A DNA stretch of 63,959 bases, counting the filler, from Calcarisporiella thermophila CBS 279.70 (taxonomy: Eukaryota > Fungi > Calcarisporiellomycota): the NCBI RefSeq assembly GCF_041956535.1. It is 5 parts of 5 records of this genome, joined end to end, with 100 filler letters (N's around TTAATTAATTAA, not from the genome) between each part and the next. Parts side by side here need not be neighbours in the genome. Positions count along the whole stretch, not along the records: positions 1 to 17,834 come from NW_027192206.1; 4 more parts are not named here. One strand, given 5' to 3'. The notes under the pieces are model-generated. The model had not been told where the DNA came from, made no database searches, and saw only the letters and a program-made list of their open reading frames with translations. A program made the translations under genes and the position numbers. This document shows, piece after piece, positions 1-11,606 of this stretch (positions are counted from its first letter, which is position 1; the number at the start of each line of letters is the position of its first letter).

Positions 1-589
1 TGAGTATGGCCATTTCACTTGGGTCCTCAGTATTTGCTCCGTCTAGCTTTTTGAGTGCCGTCATCGCGTTGACGGCTCGTCGACCCGCGATTCGGCGGTG
101 GAAGTAGGCTGAGGATTTTTCCCCCGCGTCGGTCCACATTATTCTGGAGCGAATGCGGAGGGCCTCTGCTTTGCGATTTGTGTGAGTCGCGAGTTGATTA
201 CGGAGCTCGTCATTTTGAGAGCGTGATGCTTCCGTGTCTGGGGTATTCCCTAGTTGGCGGAGGGCCCTATGTATGCGCGTCTCCTCTGCCCTGAATCGGC
301 GTTGGCGTTGTGACGCGTATGCAGTTGTGAATTCTTGAAATAACCTTTTGGCCTTGTTCCAGAATTCGCCGGCCGTCTTGGAGGATTCACGTTCTAAGCA
401 TAGCTGCTGCCATTATGCTTTGAGGAGGGAGGAGTAGGCCTTTTCATTTGCAAGGGCTGCGTTGAAGCGCCATTGTCCGCATTTTCCCTTTGGGGCTGCG
501 GTCGTGCAAATATGTATTTGGATGGCCATGTGGTCATAGATAGGGTAAGGCGGGTCGATGATGGCGACGTCGGATGTCCTGGGGAGGAG
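1..589 (-). mobile_element. Degenerate L1/Tx1-clade LINE ORF2 fragment (end of APE endonuclease and the linker toward RT)
   Basis: Manual minus-strand translation gives YDH..GKCGQWRFNAAL and RIRSRIMWTDAGEKSSAYFHRR, the characteristic L1/Tx1 ORF2 linker motifs; interrupted by stops. Confidence 0.8.
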
Positions 590-1002
590 TGTGCGTCGAA
601 TAATAGACTAATAAGGTCTATCCTGACAATCCTCTAGCTATCCCTAAGCTCTTGATTGTCCTTCCGTAAACACTTCAGAAGGCTAATAAACGACACAAAG
701 TGGATTGTAAAGGAATCCGGTTCTATCCCAAAACAAAAATAGCACACTTTTATTGTAAACAAAGATGTTTCCCTTTTATACTAAAGATAACGTACCACAA
801 ACATAAATGTAAACAAGATAATAAAAATATAATGAGGTAATCAAGGAAAAATATGTTAACCGTAATTGTAAGCTAATAAATATACTAATAAAACCATCCC
901 AAGAACTTAAAGAAGTGTAAAAGAAAAATAAGCCACCAAAACCAAGCCTCCTTTCCTCCTACTGCGCCATAATTTTATATTGTGCCAATTCTCCTCACAA
1001 CA
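590..1002. mobile_element. Solo LTR, family D
   Basis: TG...CA ends; long similarity to 51157-51597 (aataaggtctatcc.gacaatcctctagctatccctaagctcttgattgtcc); no TSD seen. Confidence 0.7.
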
Positions 1003-1008
1003 ATACAA

Positions 1009-1462
1009 TGTTACGGGAATATCGGTATTTCGTACAGACAGTCATAACTGCGCCACTACAAGCCAAAAAAAAAACTTCTTTTCTTCTTTAACTTTATGCA
1101 CAATTAGTTTTTGTTACCTTAATAACCTTTCGGCAAATTACTAGTGTTTTGAAAATTTTATTCAAGTTTGTTCTGTTTTGTTAAACTAGTTGTTTAACCA
1201 GTTTGTCTATTCAGTTCGTTTAACCAGTTTGTTTATTCAGTTCGTTTAACCAGTTTGTTTAATCGGTTCGTTCTATTTAGTTTAATTTTGTTATATAAGA
1301 AGAGATTCAAGCGTGAGTGAACGGGGGAGGCGGATTAGTTTTTTTATATTGAGTAATAGTCTTGAAATTTATTGTCATTTTTTTTTCCCTTTTTTAAGAA
1401 AATCTTTCATTTGTTTTCTTTACGTACAAATATTCACGATAAACCCCAAAACCCACGTAACA
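1009..1462. mobile_element. Solo LTR, family A, 4-bp TSD ACAA
   Basis: Termini TGTTACG...CGTAACA; ACAA at 1005-1008 and 1463-1466; right end repeated at 50071-50133; internal about 26-bp tandem repeat x3 near 1190-1275. Confidence 0.8.
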
Positions 1463-2314
1463 ACAACTGCCGTTCTGCTTCAGTATAGATCCATATAAAA
1501 TGAAAGCGGGGTTTTTTTTTGGGCTGCAAATATTACTATGAGATATGTATACTTTGGCTCCGAATAATTCCATAGTAGATATATAGCAATGCTCGAACTT
1601 TTTGTTCAGAGTGTACAGAGCTGATTACGACAATTAATCACTATTGCAACTCTCGATACTGCAATACCGATAGGATAGGTCGTCCCGCCGTCTTTCAGTG
1701 TGAAAAACGAGAAGCATAGTCAAGATATTGCTGATGGCTTTGTAAGTGTAAATCTACGAAGTCAGCTGTCGAGATTTACTCTTTTCGCAACGGGCAAATA
1801 AATTCTTAGGATTCAACCAGGCATTTATGGACGCCCGGTAATGCACGATATGGCTGCGACGTCAGCTGGAGTGGGAAGTGGTGGTACATACGTCGGACGC
1901 TTCGGATTGGAGACTCTACTTCTAGTCGACCCTACTGCGCCGGCAACCCAAACGTTTTCAGCGAGGGAGGATGATGAAATCTCAAATAGGAAACAGGGCC
2001 AAAGTTTGTTCCGTTTCGGTTTCTTGTAAAGCACTAATGCAATGACAAATGAAAATTGCAGTTATGACAATACATGGTTGCTTTTAATGTGTCTGTCCAG
2101 TTGGTCCAGGATATGCAACTGGTAGCTTTGTTGCTTTCGCGTATCCACCATTGAAATTGGAAGTCGTAGCGTGATATCGCTCGCCTTATAGGTGCCTATA
2201 AAATATGACTGCTTGTCCGCAGCACCATGTGAATTAGTAACGCCCCCCAACTCCCCTGGATGGTTTACCAAGCACTGAAAATCTTCGAATACTACTTCTA
2301 GCACCGCTTTTGCC

Positions 2315-3246
2315 ATGGATCTCAATAAGGCACAACAGCAAATCCCAGGTAGATACAACCGAGCGTCACGCGCTTCCACTGGCCTTGTATACCATTTTGC
2401 TGGTGGGGTGCTAACCTGTCGTCTTCCATATAGAAATCATTAAAGGCATTCTCACTTACAACGATGAGCTCCACGCCCACATTCTCGAAAAGTATTTCCG
2501 CCCCGATGCCACATTCTCCAATCCTCTGCTTTCCACGCAAGGCGTGGCCAATATTCGCCAGGTTTTCCGCGTGTGGACCATGGTAAATAAGGATGCGCCC
2601 TCCTTCAAATCCACTGTTTTCGAGTAAGTAGAGTTCTATTATTAGTCTCTGGGAAATATCCTTTTTTTGTTATTCCTCTCCCTTTTTTTCTCCCCGCACC
2701 GAAGTGGAACATCAGCTGTCGTTCACAGCCAACAGAACTTCCGTCCTCGCATTTTCCTTCTTTTACACCTGCATGTGCCTGCGATTACCACTCTGCGCTT
2801 CGAAAAGAACGAGCAGGATGGGCTCTACTACGTGGTCTCGCAAGAGGACAGCTGGACCGTCGATGGCCTCATAAAGTCGGTTCCGCTCGTGCACTGGTGG
2901 TATAACGAGGTGCTGAGAGTCATTCTTGGGCGTGTCATCTCGGCCACTGGAAAGTATGTAGGAAAATCGCTGATAAGGCGAATGAGGCGTGGTTGACGGA
3001 CAATCTTTTTTTTTTGGAAATAGCTTCTTGTTGTCAGCACAGCACACTGGTCAACAGGCTTCGACGCGTGCGGCTGAATTACAACACTTGGCCCGTCAAA
3101 CCGTGAACAAGCAATGGGCACAGATTCAGGCACGGGGTAAAGAATACACCGAACTTCTCCAAGAATACTACCGCTCCTCACAGGCCTCCAGAACGGAAAA
3201 AGAGAGCGAGGGGATCAAGCCGAGTGAGAAGGAGGGTGGAAACTGA
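2315..3246 (+). CDS. NTF2/SnoaL-like fold fungal protein (4 exons)
   Basis: Spliced manually through GT-AG introns: MDLNKAQQQIPEIIKGIL...KYFRPDATFSNPL...QGVANIRQVF...YYVVSQEDSW; the DATF.NPL and QED.W motifs suggest an NTF2-like fold. Confidence 0.7.
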
Positions 3247-4055
3247 GCATACCTCCATTGGTGGAAACAGACACATTTCTGTTAGTTTTTTTATTAATAA
3301 TTCAACAGTTTGACTATTGAAGTTTGTAAATATTCCTTACTTTATTCACATAATCCAGAATATATATACACCTCTTTATCTAATAAAAGCACGCCTACTT
3401 CTACTCTAAATGCGTCGGGTTCCTTGGTTTTATTTTAGTTATTGGAAGGAAAGGGACCTACAGATGTCGAATCAAAAGATGGGTGAGTAGGTGGCAGTAG
3501 ATGTCCAAAAAGAGTGCAAGCCACATCTTATGTCATAAGTTGAGTTGCTTTAGGAGATCTCTCAGTAGGTCCAAGCATTCCTCTGTCCGTTCTAGGGATT
3601 CATCCTACAGGGGCTGCATTCATTATCTGCTCTCTAATGTATTTGTTCCGACATAACCCAACATTACATAACTTAGTCACAAGGTGCTAGGAAAGTGGTG
3701 TGTGACGAAGTGAAGAAGGAGGGGATATTACGAGTGTGAATGCTATTAGGATTCACACGCGTAATAATAAATCGTATATTATATTATAATTTAGTTACTT
3801 ATATAAGGCAGTCACAATGCGTTGACTGATTGTAACCTTCGGCAACTTAGTGAACACGAAATTTTATTGCTAAAACGACGTCTTTAGATTAAACCTAATT
3901 ATTCCAAAAAAAATTTCAAGGTAAAATCGATCAAACTGAGAATTAAGAGCAAATAAATAAATAAAAACAGTAGATAAATAATAAGTATCTCAAAAAAAAA
4001 AAGATAAAAAGAGTGAAAGCAATATTATAGTTGTATAGGTGTAGGTAAGAATAAA

Positions 4056-7000
4056 TTAAATTTGGTCAACGACCGCTGCAAGATCTTGTTGCTTCGCCAA
4101 TTCGCAGTACAGGCCTGACTGTGCAAGCAGCTCCAAATGACTACCTTGCTCCACAATAAACCCGTTTTTAAATACAAGGATGAGATCTGAGTCTTGAATG
4201 GACGAAAGTCGATGTGCGATTGCAATGGTGGTACGGCCCTCCATTGCATTGTCGAGGGTAACTTGCACAAGTTTCTCGCTCTCTGAGTCGAGCGCGCTCG
4301 TGGCTTCGTCAAGAAGTAGAATATGGGGTTTGCGGATTAATGCACGTGCAATGGCGATGCGTTGCTTTTGACCACCCGAGAGCTGCGAACCCCTGTCACC
4401 CACACGAGTGTGGTAGCCATTGGGGAGCTGCGAAATAAAGTCGTGCGCGTTTGCGCAGCGAGCAGCCTCTTCGATTTCTTCCTGGGTAGTTTCTATGCCG
4501 TCTTCACTCCCGTACAAAATATTTTCACGTACTGTCAAATCGAAAAGTACAGGTTCCTGACCGACTAGGGCGATTCGGCTGCGCATAGCCACTAGTTGCC
4601 AGTTGCGAACATCCGTACCCTCGATGTAAACTTCGCCAGAATGGGTGTCATACCAACGCATCAAAAGTGCAATGACGGTCGATTTCCCGCACCCCGAAGG
4701 ACCAACCAACGCAACCTTCTGCTTTTCCTTAATTTGCATCGAAAGGCCGTCGAAGATGGTAGTTTCTCGACGCGAAGGATAGGCAAAGGTAACATTTCGA
4801 AGCTCCGCTGAGTCGGGTTCAGGACCAGAGGTGTCTCCGTTCGCCTTGGGATCAATTGTAGTGCATTTGTCAAGTAGTGCAAAGATCATTACTGCGGCTT
4901 CACGCCCTTGTGTAATTCTAGGTATTTTGGCTGACAAGTGACCCAGTCCAGTTGAAGTAAAGAGTACAGGAAATAGTACGCCAAAGACCTGGCTACTAGT
5001 GTATTCCCCAGATTCCATGAACCGGACGCCAACATAAAAGCCTAGACCAGAGACGAGAAAAGAGAAACCTAATAATAATATAAATATATTAAAAGACTAG
5101 CGAGTGAGCCACAGCAAATGGCCTTTCCATTCCTAAAATAAACTTTAATAAATTGAAAAAGGTCATCCATACCTTGCGACAAGCCATATCCAATAGAAGC
5201 CAAATATGCTTTTTTTAAAGCTTCACGATGGGGCGCTTTGTTAGCATCAGAATATTTTATTTCAAATAAATCCTCGATTGTCAAGGAGGCGACCGTTCGG
5301 ATCTCGGCAATGGCCTCTCCAACTATCTGCCCAGATTTCAATATTTCTTTCCTAGATTTGATGGAAAATCTGCGGAAAGAAAAATATAAGAAATTAATTT
5401 TTTAAAAAAAATGATAAAGAGAAATATTCTTTCATACCCCTCGAGTGCTTTGAGCTCATAAATAGATGTAGAGACAACAATTGGAACGGTCGCCAATATC
5501 ACCAGTGTCAATTTCCACCCATTCGAAAATGCAATCCCTAGCCCAATTACAAGCGAAAAAAATATCTTTCCAAAGTCCATATACATATTGTTCGGTAGTC
5601 CTTGCATCTTGGTAATTTCCTTGGAGAGAAGACTAGCCAATTGACCGGTAGAATGTTCAGGATGGTCGAAAAATGCCATTTCCTGGCGCATAAGGTTGCG
5701 GAAACATAAAGAGCGAACTCTCTGAACCAAACGTTCTCCAAGGTATAACATAAGCCCTTCCTTCCCGATAGATCCGATAAAGTTGGCAACACCAAGGATT
5801 ACAAAGGCAATTGCCCAGATACGGGAAGCATCCTCTACCAGAGCCGGAGGCTGAACAAGAGCCTCTAACATACGTGCATATACGATGGCATAGACAGGAT
5901 TTATCTAGGAAGTCAATTACAAGGGTTAAGTAAATAATCCTTGGGGGTGGGGAAGAAAGGGTTGATCGGAAAGATGATAAAACATAAAGACAGTTGAAAA
6001 TATTACCGCTCCAGCGATACCGCTGCTAATAACCGATATTATCAAGAGGAGTAGATCAGGACGCATCATTCGAAGAGTCCTAAGAGCAGGATGCTTCTCT
6101 TTGGGAACACCGGTGTCGCCGAAAGACGCCCGTAACTCTGCCAACTCCGCATTGTTTGAACCCCCTCCTGTCAGTGGCCGATCAAGGCTAAGAGTGTTTT
6201 TTAGAGGAGGGCCTTCTTCAACCTCTACAGGTTTTTTAACGTCCTCCTCCTTCTCACCCACTGGGTCAGAGCTCTCGTCACCATCGCTCTCGGATTTGAG
6301 TTGCTGTTCAGCCACAAAGTGAGCATATGCTCCCCGTTTTGCAATGAGTTCGTCGTGTGTCCCTTGCTCGACGATCGTGCCATGGTCCATGACAACGATT
6401 AGATCGGCGTCACGGATAGTCGATAGACGATGTGCAATAACGATGGTGCTGCGATTTACGGCGGCCGAACGCAAAGCTTCTTGTACAAGTCTTTCAGAGT
6501 GAGTATCGAGAGCAGAGGTTGCCTCGTCAAGGAGAAGAATGGCGGGCTTGCGGATTAGGGCACGGGCAATGGCGATACGTTGCTTTTGCCCGCCCGAAAG
6601 CTGGGAGCCCTTTTCGCCAACATGAGTGTCGTAGCCTTGGGGAAGCTTCATGATCAAGTCATGGCAATTGGCCTGTTTGCATGCTTTGATAATTTCTTCC
6701 TCCGTCGGATTACGGCCTAAGGCACCAAGTGAAATATTGTTGCGAATTGTGTCATTGAAGAGAACAGGCTCTTGCCTACAAGATATGCAAGTTAGAACAG
6801 ATTTATATGGCATATTAGAGCATTGGAATATAATATATATACCCAACTAGACCAATTTGTTGCCGTAGCCACTTCACGCTGAGCTCTTTCAGCGGAACTC
6901 CATCAAGCAGCACAGTTCCCTGGGTTGGATCGTAAAAGCGCTGAACAAGTTGAATAATTGTCGATTTGCCACTACCTGAGGCACCAACTAGTGCTACCGT

Positions 7001-8568
7001 TTTCCCACTCGGGATTTCAAGGTCAACATTTCGCAGGATCTGTACCTCTTTACGAGAGGGATAGTGGAAATGTACTCCGCGCAAAACGATTGAGCCGGCG
7101 CATGAATCAGGCACCTTGCCACGGTGCTGGTCGTCGGGGGAGGTATCTATGGCGGGAACGCGGTCGATGGTGGCAAAGATCTTGGACGCAGCTGCCTGGG
7201 CTTCGACTATGGCTTTATAATTGGGAGGAATTTGGCTATTGAGAGTGCATGTGAAGGGTCAAAATACCGAATAAAAGAGAGCGAAATCAAAGGATATTTA
7301 CCCAATGGAGAACGAGCCGATAAGCAATGCAAAGAATGCACTCAATAATTCGTTACTACCCATTACACCCTGCGTCACAAGATGTGAGCCATACCAGAAT
7401 CCTAGGCTGTAAGAGCTAAATATGACGAAATTTGAGAATCCCATGAATAGGCCTGAAAACAAGATTTGATTTTATAATTCTAGATGAATCGAGACAAAAT
7501 TTGAGTGAATAATAGATTGGGTCAATACCTATGGCAATGGCCTTCTTTAGTCCAGCGTTAAACGCGATCTCGAGTTTCTTCTCGTACTGTTTGATAAACC
7601 GCGACTGCATCGAGAAGGAGGCAACAGTGCGAATACCCGAAACTGCCTGTTCCAACACCGCACCGGCACCGGAATAGGCGTCTTGCTCGGCGCTGGTTCC
7701 TCTGGTTAATATCTTGTTCAAGAGGAAACCAGAAATTGCAAGAAGAGGCATAAAGGCCAATAACACTAGCGTTAGACGCCAGCTGAAAACAAAAGCCATG
7801 ATAAATCCCGCAACGAATTGTGCGGAATTCTGTAGGAGATGCCCTGCCTTATCTGACAGCCCCTCTTGAATTAAGAAGGTTGATTCAGAGAGTCGTACAG
7901 TTAGAGATTCGGCCTCATTCGTGTCGAACCACGATAAATCTTGGCGAAGGATAGAATGAAGATAGATTTCGCGGATTCGCTATAAAACATAATGATGAAT
8001 TTTTGCAGGGTGAATAACCAGAACAACGCACATGCACATATTATAAAATAAAATTGAACTACCTTTGACTGACGCTCACCAGCCAAGGTCAAAGTACACA
8101 TTGAACCATAAGCACATATAGTGAGACCAACGCCGAAATATACAAAAATCAAGACTGATTGTGTAAGAGAATCGTGGGCTGCGGCAGAAGACACACCCGA
8201 TTGATTTATCATTCCAATGCTTTCAATCATACTACCAAATGCAACACCCATGAGCGGCTGAGCGATACCCGTTGCAATACTGAATATAATTCCAAGACTA
8301 TAAAATGATATAAGGAAGAATTAACGGCAGTCGCCAAGAGCTAATTTAATAATGGGTACAATATTAATATTAGGTCGATCCATGTTGCAAAGCGGAAGAG
8401 TTTTAAAAGGGGAACTTTTTCTGGCTCGGGTTCTTTTTCCTTAATTTCCTTCTTAGTGAAAAACCTAAAGAGACCACCTTTTTCTTTGAATTCTTGCTCA
8501 TTCCCAGAATCGAATTTCAGCTCATCTTTTTGCTCCTTGACAATGGAGTTTGCTTTCTCGAATGACAT
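4056..8568 (-). CDS. Full-length ABCB (MDR/P-glycoprotein) transporter, multi-exon
   Basis: Two TMD-NBD halves; Walker A GASGSGKS and GPSGCGKS, two [15 protein letters not shown] signatures, [10 protein letters not shown]. Confidence 0.95.
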
Positions 8569-8943
8569 TTCCAAGTTCAGAATAAATATAGTTGAAACCT
8601 AGCAATTGAAGCCATTCAATTTGCAAGCAAGAGGTAATAATTGATTGGAATCCAATTTAATGAAAAACTTGACCCAAATGAAATAAAGAGCATGTACCAC
8701 GGTATTTGTTTTAAGGAAATAGAATTATTAATTTTCCATCACATGAGGACTCCCAACACGAAAATAACCAGCCAGGCCAAGTTTATAAGCTTAATTATTT
8801 AGGTTTATCATAATAAAAGTATAACGTGGGAGGTCGCTTGATATTTAGGGTTCAAGATATGGGAATTTGATTTGCCAAACTATTTCGAAGAAAATATAGA
8901 TGGAGTTTCTTATGAGCCCGTGTTTGCTTCGCTCCCTTTTTGT

Positions 8944-9420
8944 TGGTGGTGCCATTGGCTAGTGCTTGTAGGCTTTACATTAAGTACCAACCTTAGTTTT
9001 GCTTCTCATGTACAGCTCTTCTCGTACTCTTCTGCTTCGCTAGTACACTGTATGTGTGCATGATATGTCGTTCCCCGGAAAGTAGTAAACTTAATTATAG
9101 TGATTATGATTAGTACGTGTGGATAAAATAAAAAAGTTTCTAATCGGCTTGTTTAAGTTTGTAGTTTTAAAAAGAAAACGGAGTACCAAACTTTGTTTTG
9201 CTTCTCATGTAGAACTCTTCTCGTACTTTTCTGCTGATACACTGTGTGTGTGCATTTTTGTAGGTGGTGCCATTGGCTAGTGCTTGTAGGCATTACATTA
9301 AGTACCAACCTTAGATTTGCTTCTCATGTACAGCTCTTCTCGTACTCTTCTGCTTCGCTAGTACACTGTATGTGTGCATGATATGTCGTTCCCCGGAAAG
9401 TAGTTAACCTAGTTATAGTG
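8944..9420. repeat. Direct repeat: two near-identical ~158-bp copies flanking a diverged partial copy
   Basis: ggtggtgccattggctagtgc...ttatagtg at about 8944-9101 and 9263-9420; partial copy at about 9182-9254. Confidence 0.85.
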
Positions 9421-9639
9421 TGACTTTTTATATACAATCGTTTTATTTAATTATATCATCGATAAACTCTGTGCTCTATTCTTTGTTGAGAGGAATATCC
9501 ATTTCATCTATTCATATGCTGAGAAATATTGAAAATTTACATATAAAATGAAGTGAGATTTTCTTCGAAATCATACAATTCAATCAACAAATCTTGACAA
9601 GGCTTTTAGTTACTGTCATCTGCTAGTTCTTCGAGCAAC

Positions 9640-9812
9640 ACAGCCTGAACCTGAAACGGACCAGATTCAAGCAGTCCCTAAGGCAACGTGGCCGGAACTC
9701 CAAGCGGCGGTAGACCAATGGCCCCAGATCTTCAGTACTGAGCTCCCAGGGCTTCCCCCCGAGCGGCCTGTAGAACACGTTTTTAACACAGGTAGTGCAA
9801 CACCGATTAACA
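9640..9812 (+). mobile_element. Ty3/gypsy pol fragment (protease-RT linker)
   Basis: Translates QWPQIFSTELPGLPPERPVEHVFNTGSATPIN; LPGLPPER.VEH is typical of gypsy pol. Confidence 0.7.
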
Positions 9813-9816
9813 TTAG

Positions 9817-10028
9817 TGTTATAAACTAGGGGGATAACTAGAGGGATACGGGGAATACTAATGAATACTCAGGGTTTATTTCAAAGAACAAAGAAGAAAT
9901 CCAGGTTGTTTTCAAAGAATAGAATGAACGCGTCTTTAAATACTAGCAATATCTGTGACTCGCCGTTGTGATTGGTTTCCTAGTGGCTTAGTGAGACCGG
10001 CACCTACTATCCGACTTGGTTTATGACA
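9817..10028. mobile_element. Solo LTR (family B-related), 4-bp TSD TTAG
   Basis: TGTTATAAAC...GTTTATGACA termini; TTAG at 9813-9816 and 10029-10032; left end resembles the reverse complement of the right end of 50138-50733. Confidence 0.8.
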
Positions 10029-10494
10029 TTAGATACTAGTATAGTGGTGGCTATCGAGTTACATCATCATAATAAGCATAAAAAAATATTTTTATGCTTA
10101 TTATGATGGAGTTTCCACAAAAAATCAGACAGAATCAGAAATTTAGAAATAAGAATTATGAAATTTGATTGGGCCAAACTATCTAGATATAAACCTCCAG
10201 AATTATAGCAAAATCTTTGAGGGCTAATAACTCTGCGAAAACCCATCCTAGAGCTCTCATTTTTTGTTCAATCGATCCACCATCTCTTGTAGTAGCTTTC
10301 TAATAACCACCAGCAAAACTCTCCCTTCCCCAAGTTGGTTTTTCTTTTTTACTAACCTACCCTAAGCCCCCCCTAATTCTTACCTTAATATTTACCTAAT
10401 ACTTACCATGACACTTACCACAATACGCTTCTTAGGCCATGATTTAATCCCTAAATATAGATGGTTAGTGCTAGCAGCATTTTTATCCACTTTT

Positions 10495-11170
10495 AAACCC
10501 CCTTAGCACTTTATTAAATAGGATAGAGAGGTCTGCAACGGCGTTTGCAGGAGGAAACCTCGAAGAGGGTGTAACGGTTCGGGGTGTGGTAGACCAAATA
10601 AGAAAGGAAATATGGTGAGGAGTAAAAGATCAAAAAACAACGGCCTTATATAGACAGGAAAGGAAAATAACGGGTCAGAAACATTAGGAAGGATCTCGTC
10701 TTTGAGACACATTGTCACGCTCATGTCCTACATTGGTTCAAGGATAAGAGGGTTACGGACCCATAGTAGTCCAGGGTGTCGTGCCGTTACAGGAGGTAGG
10801 CAAGAATGGTTAATTTCCCAGCGTGACCACTATATCTATATTGAACTTGCAAATGGCAAGAGAGGCCCCCATTTCCTGGGCATCCTGAGCGCGAATGCAG
10901 GACTCTGCGATCTTGAAGATGGATTCGATCTAATGCGATATTGATGATTGTTTCGCAAGATGTGATATGTTTGGGCAAAGCAAGGGTTTGGATATTTCTT
11001 GGAGTTTTCCTTTTGCCTGCCAATATCCACGATATTCGATGAAGTACTCTACCGGACACGCTTAAGAGTCTGGGTTTCGGTGGATATTGATCGGGTTGAT
11101 TATTTTCAGGTTATATCTTGTTTCCTTTAGGACATTTATCATGACCCCGTCGAATGCGTCGTTATCGATG
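10495..11170 (-). mobile_element. Highly degenerate LINE 3' remnant (tentative)
   Basis: Broken ORF followed by a pyrimidine-rich 3' UTR and AATAAA on the minus strand, similar in layout to other LINE ends in the window. Confidence 0.35.
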
Positions 11171-11606
11171 CCAATGGATTAGTGGTCCATACACCCTAGA
11201 TCCGATACAGGTGAGAAAGTGATCACAAAGGAGAGCCACCTAAGCTTGTAAGTGAACACTTGCAAGGGAATTTCTGCTTTGGGTTAACTTATAGTATAGT
11301 CTGAGCTTTTCACTATTGAACCATCAACAATTCTTTTTATCATAAATATTTCCACATACTGTAGCAGTTTCTGTCAAAAAAGACACAAACCGAGCCATTT
11401 GATCCCCCAATTATGGATCTTTCGAGAAGTGACTTAAATGCTTCATTTTCATAATATAAAAGCAATTTCCGCAAAAATAAAATGCAATGGAGGGTCGATT
11501 AACGAAATAGCTAGAACAAGCAAAAACAAGTTACAGATATATTTATAGTAAATCAGGGTCTTTCGAAAAAGAAAATACATAAGTTTATACTTTTTTATTT
11601 TTATTT

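Noticed and set aside
1190-1275. Three ~26-bp repeats resembling a CRISPR array
   Set aside because: Head-to-tail with no unique spacers, inside an LTR, eukaryotic context, no cas genes
1468-1520. Faint resemblance to the 5' end of U6 snRNA followed by a T-run
   Set aside because: No ACAGAGA box and too short
1825-2379. Short ORFs upstream of the NTF2-like gene
   Set aside because: No recognisable motifs or consistent splice structure
10033-10050. tagtatagtggt resembling the tRNA-Asp A box
   Set aside because: No B box or cloverleaf follows
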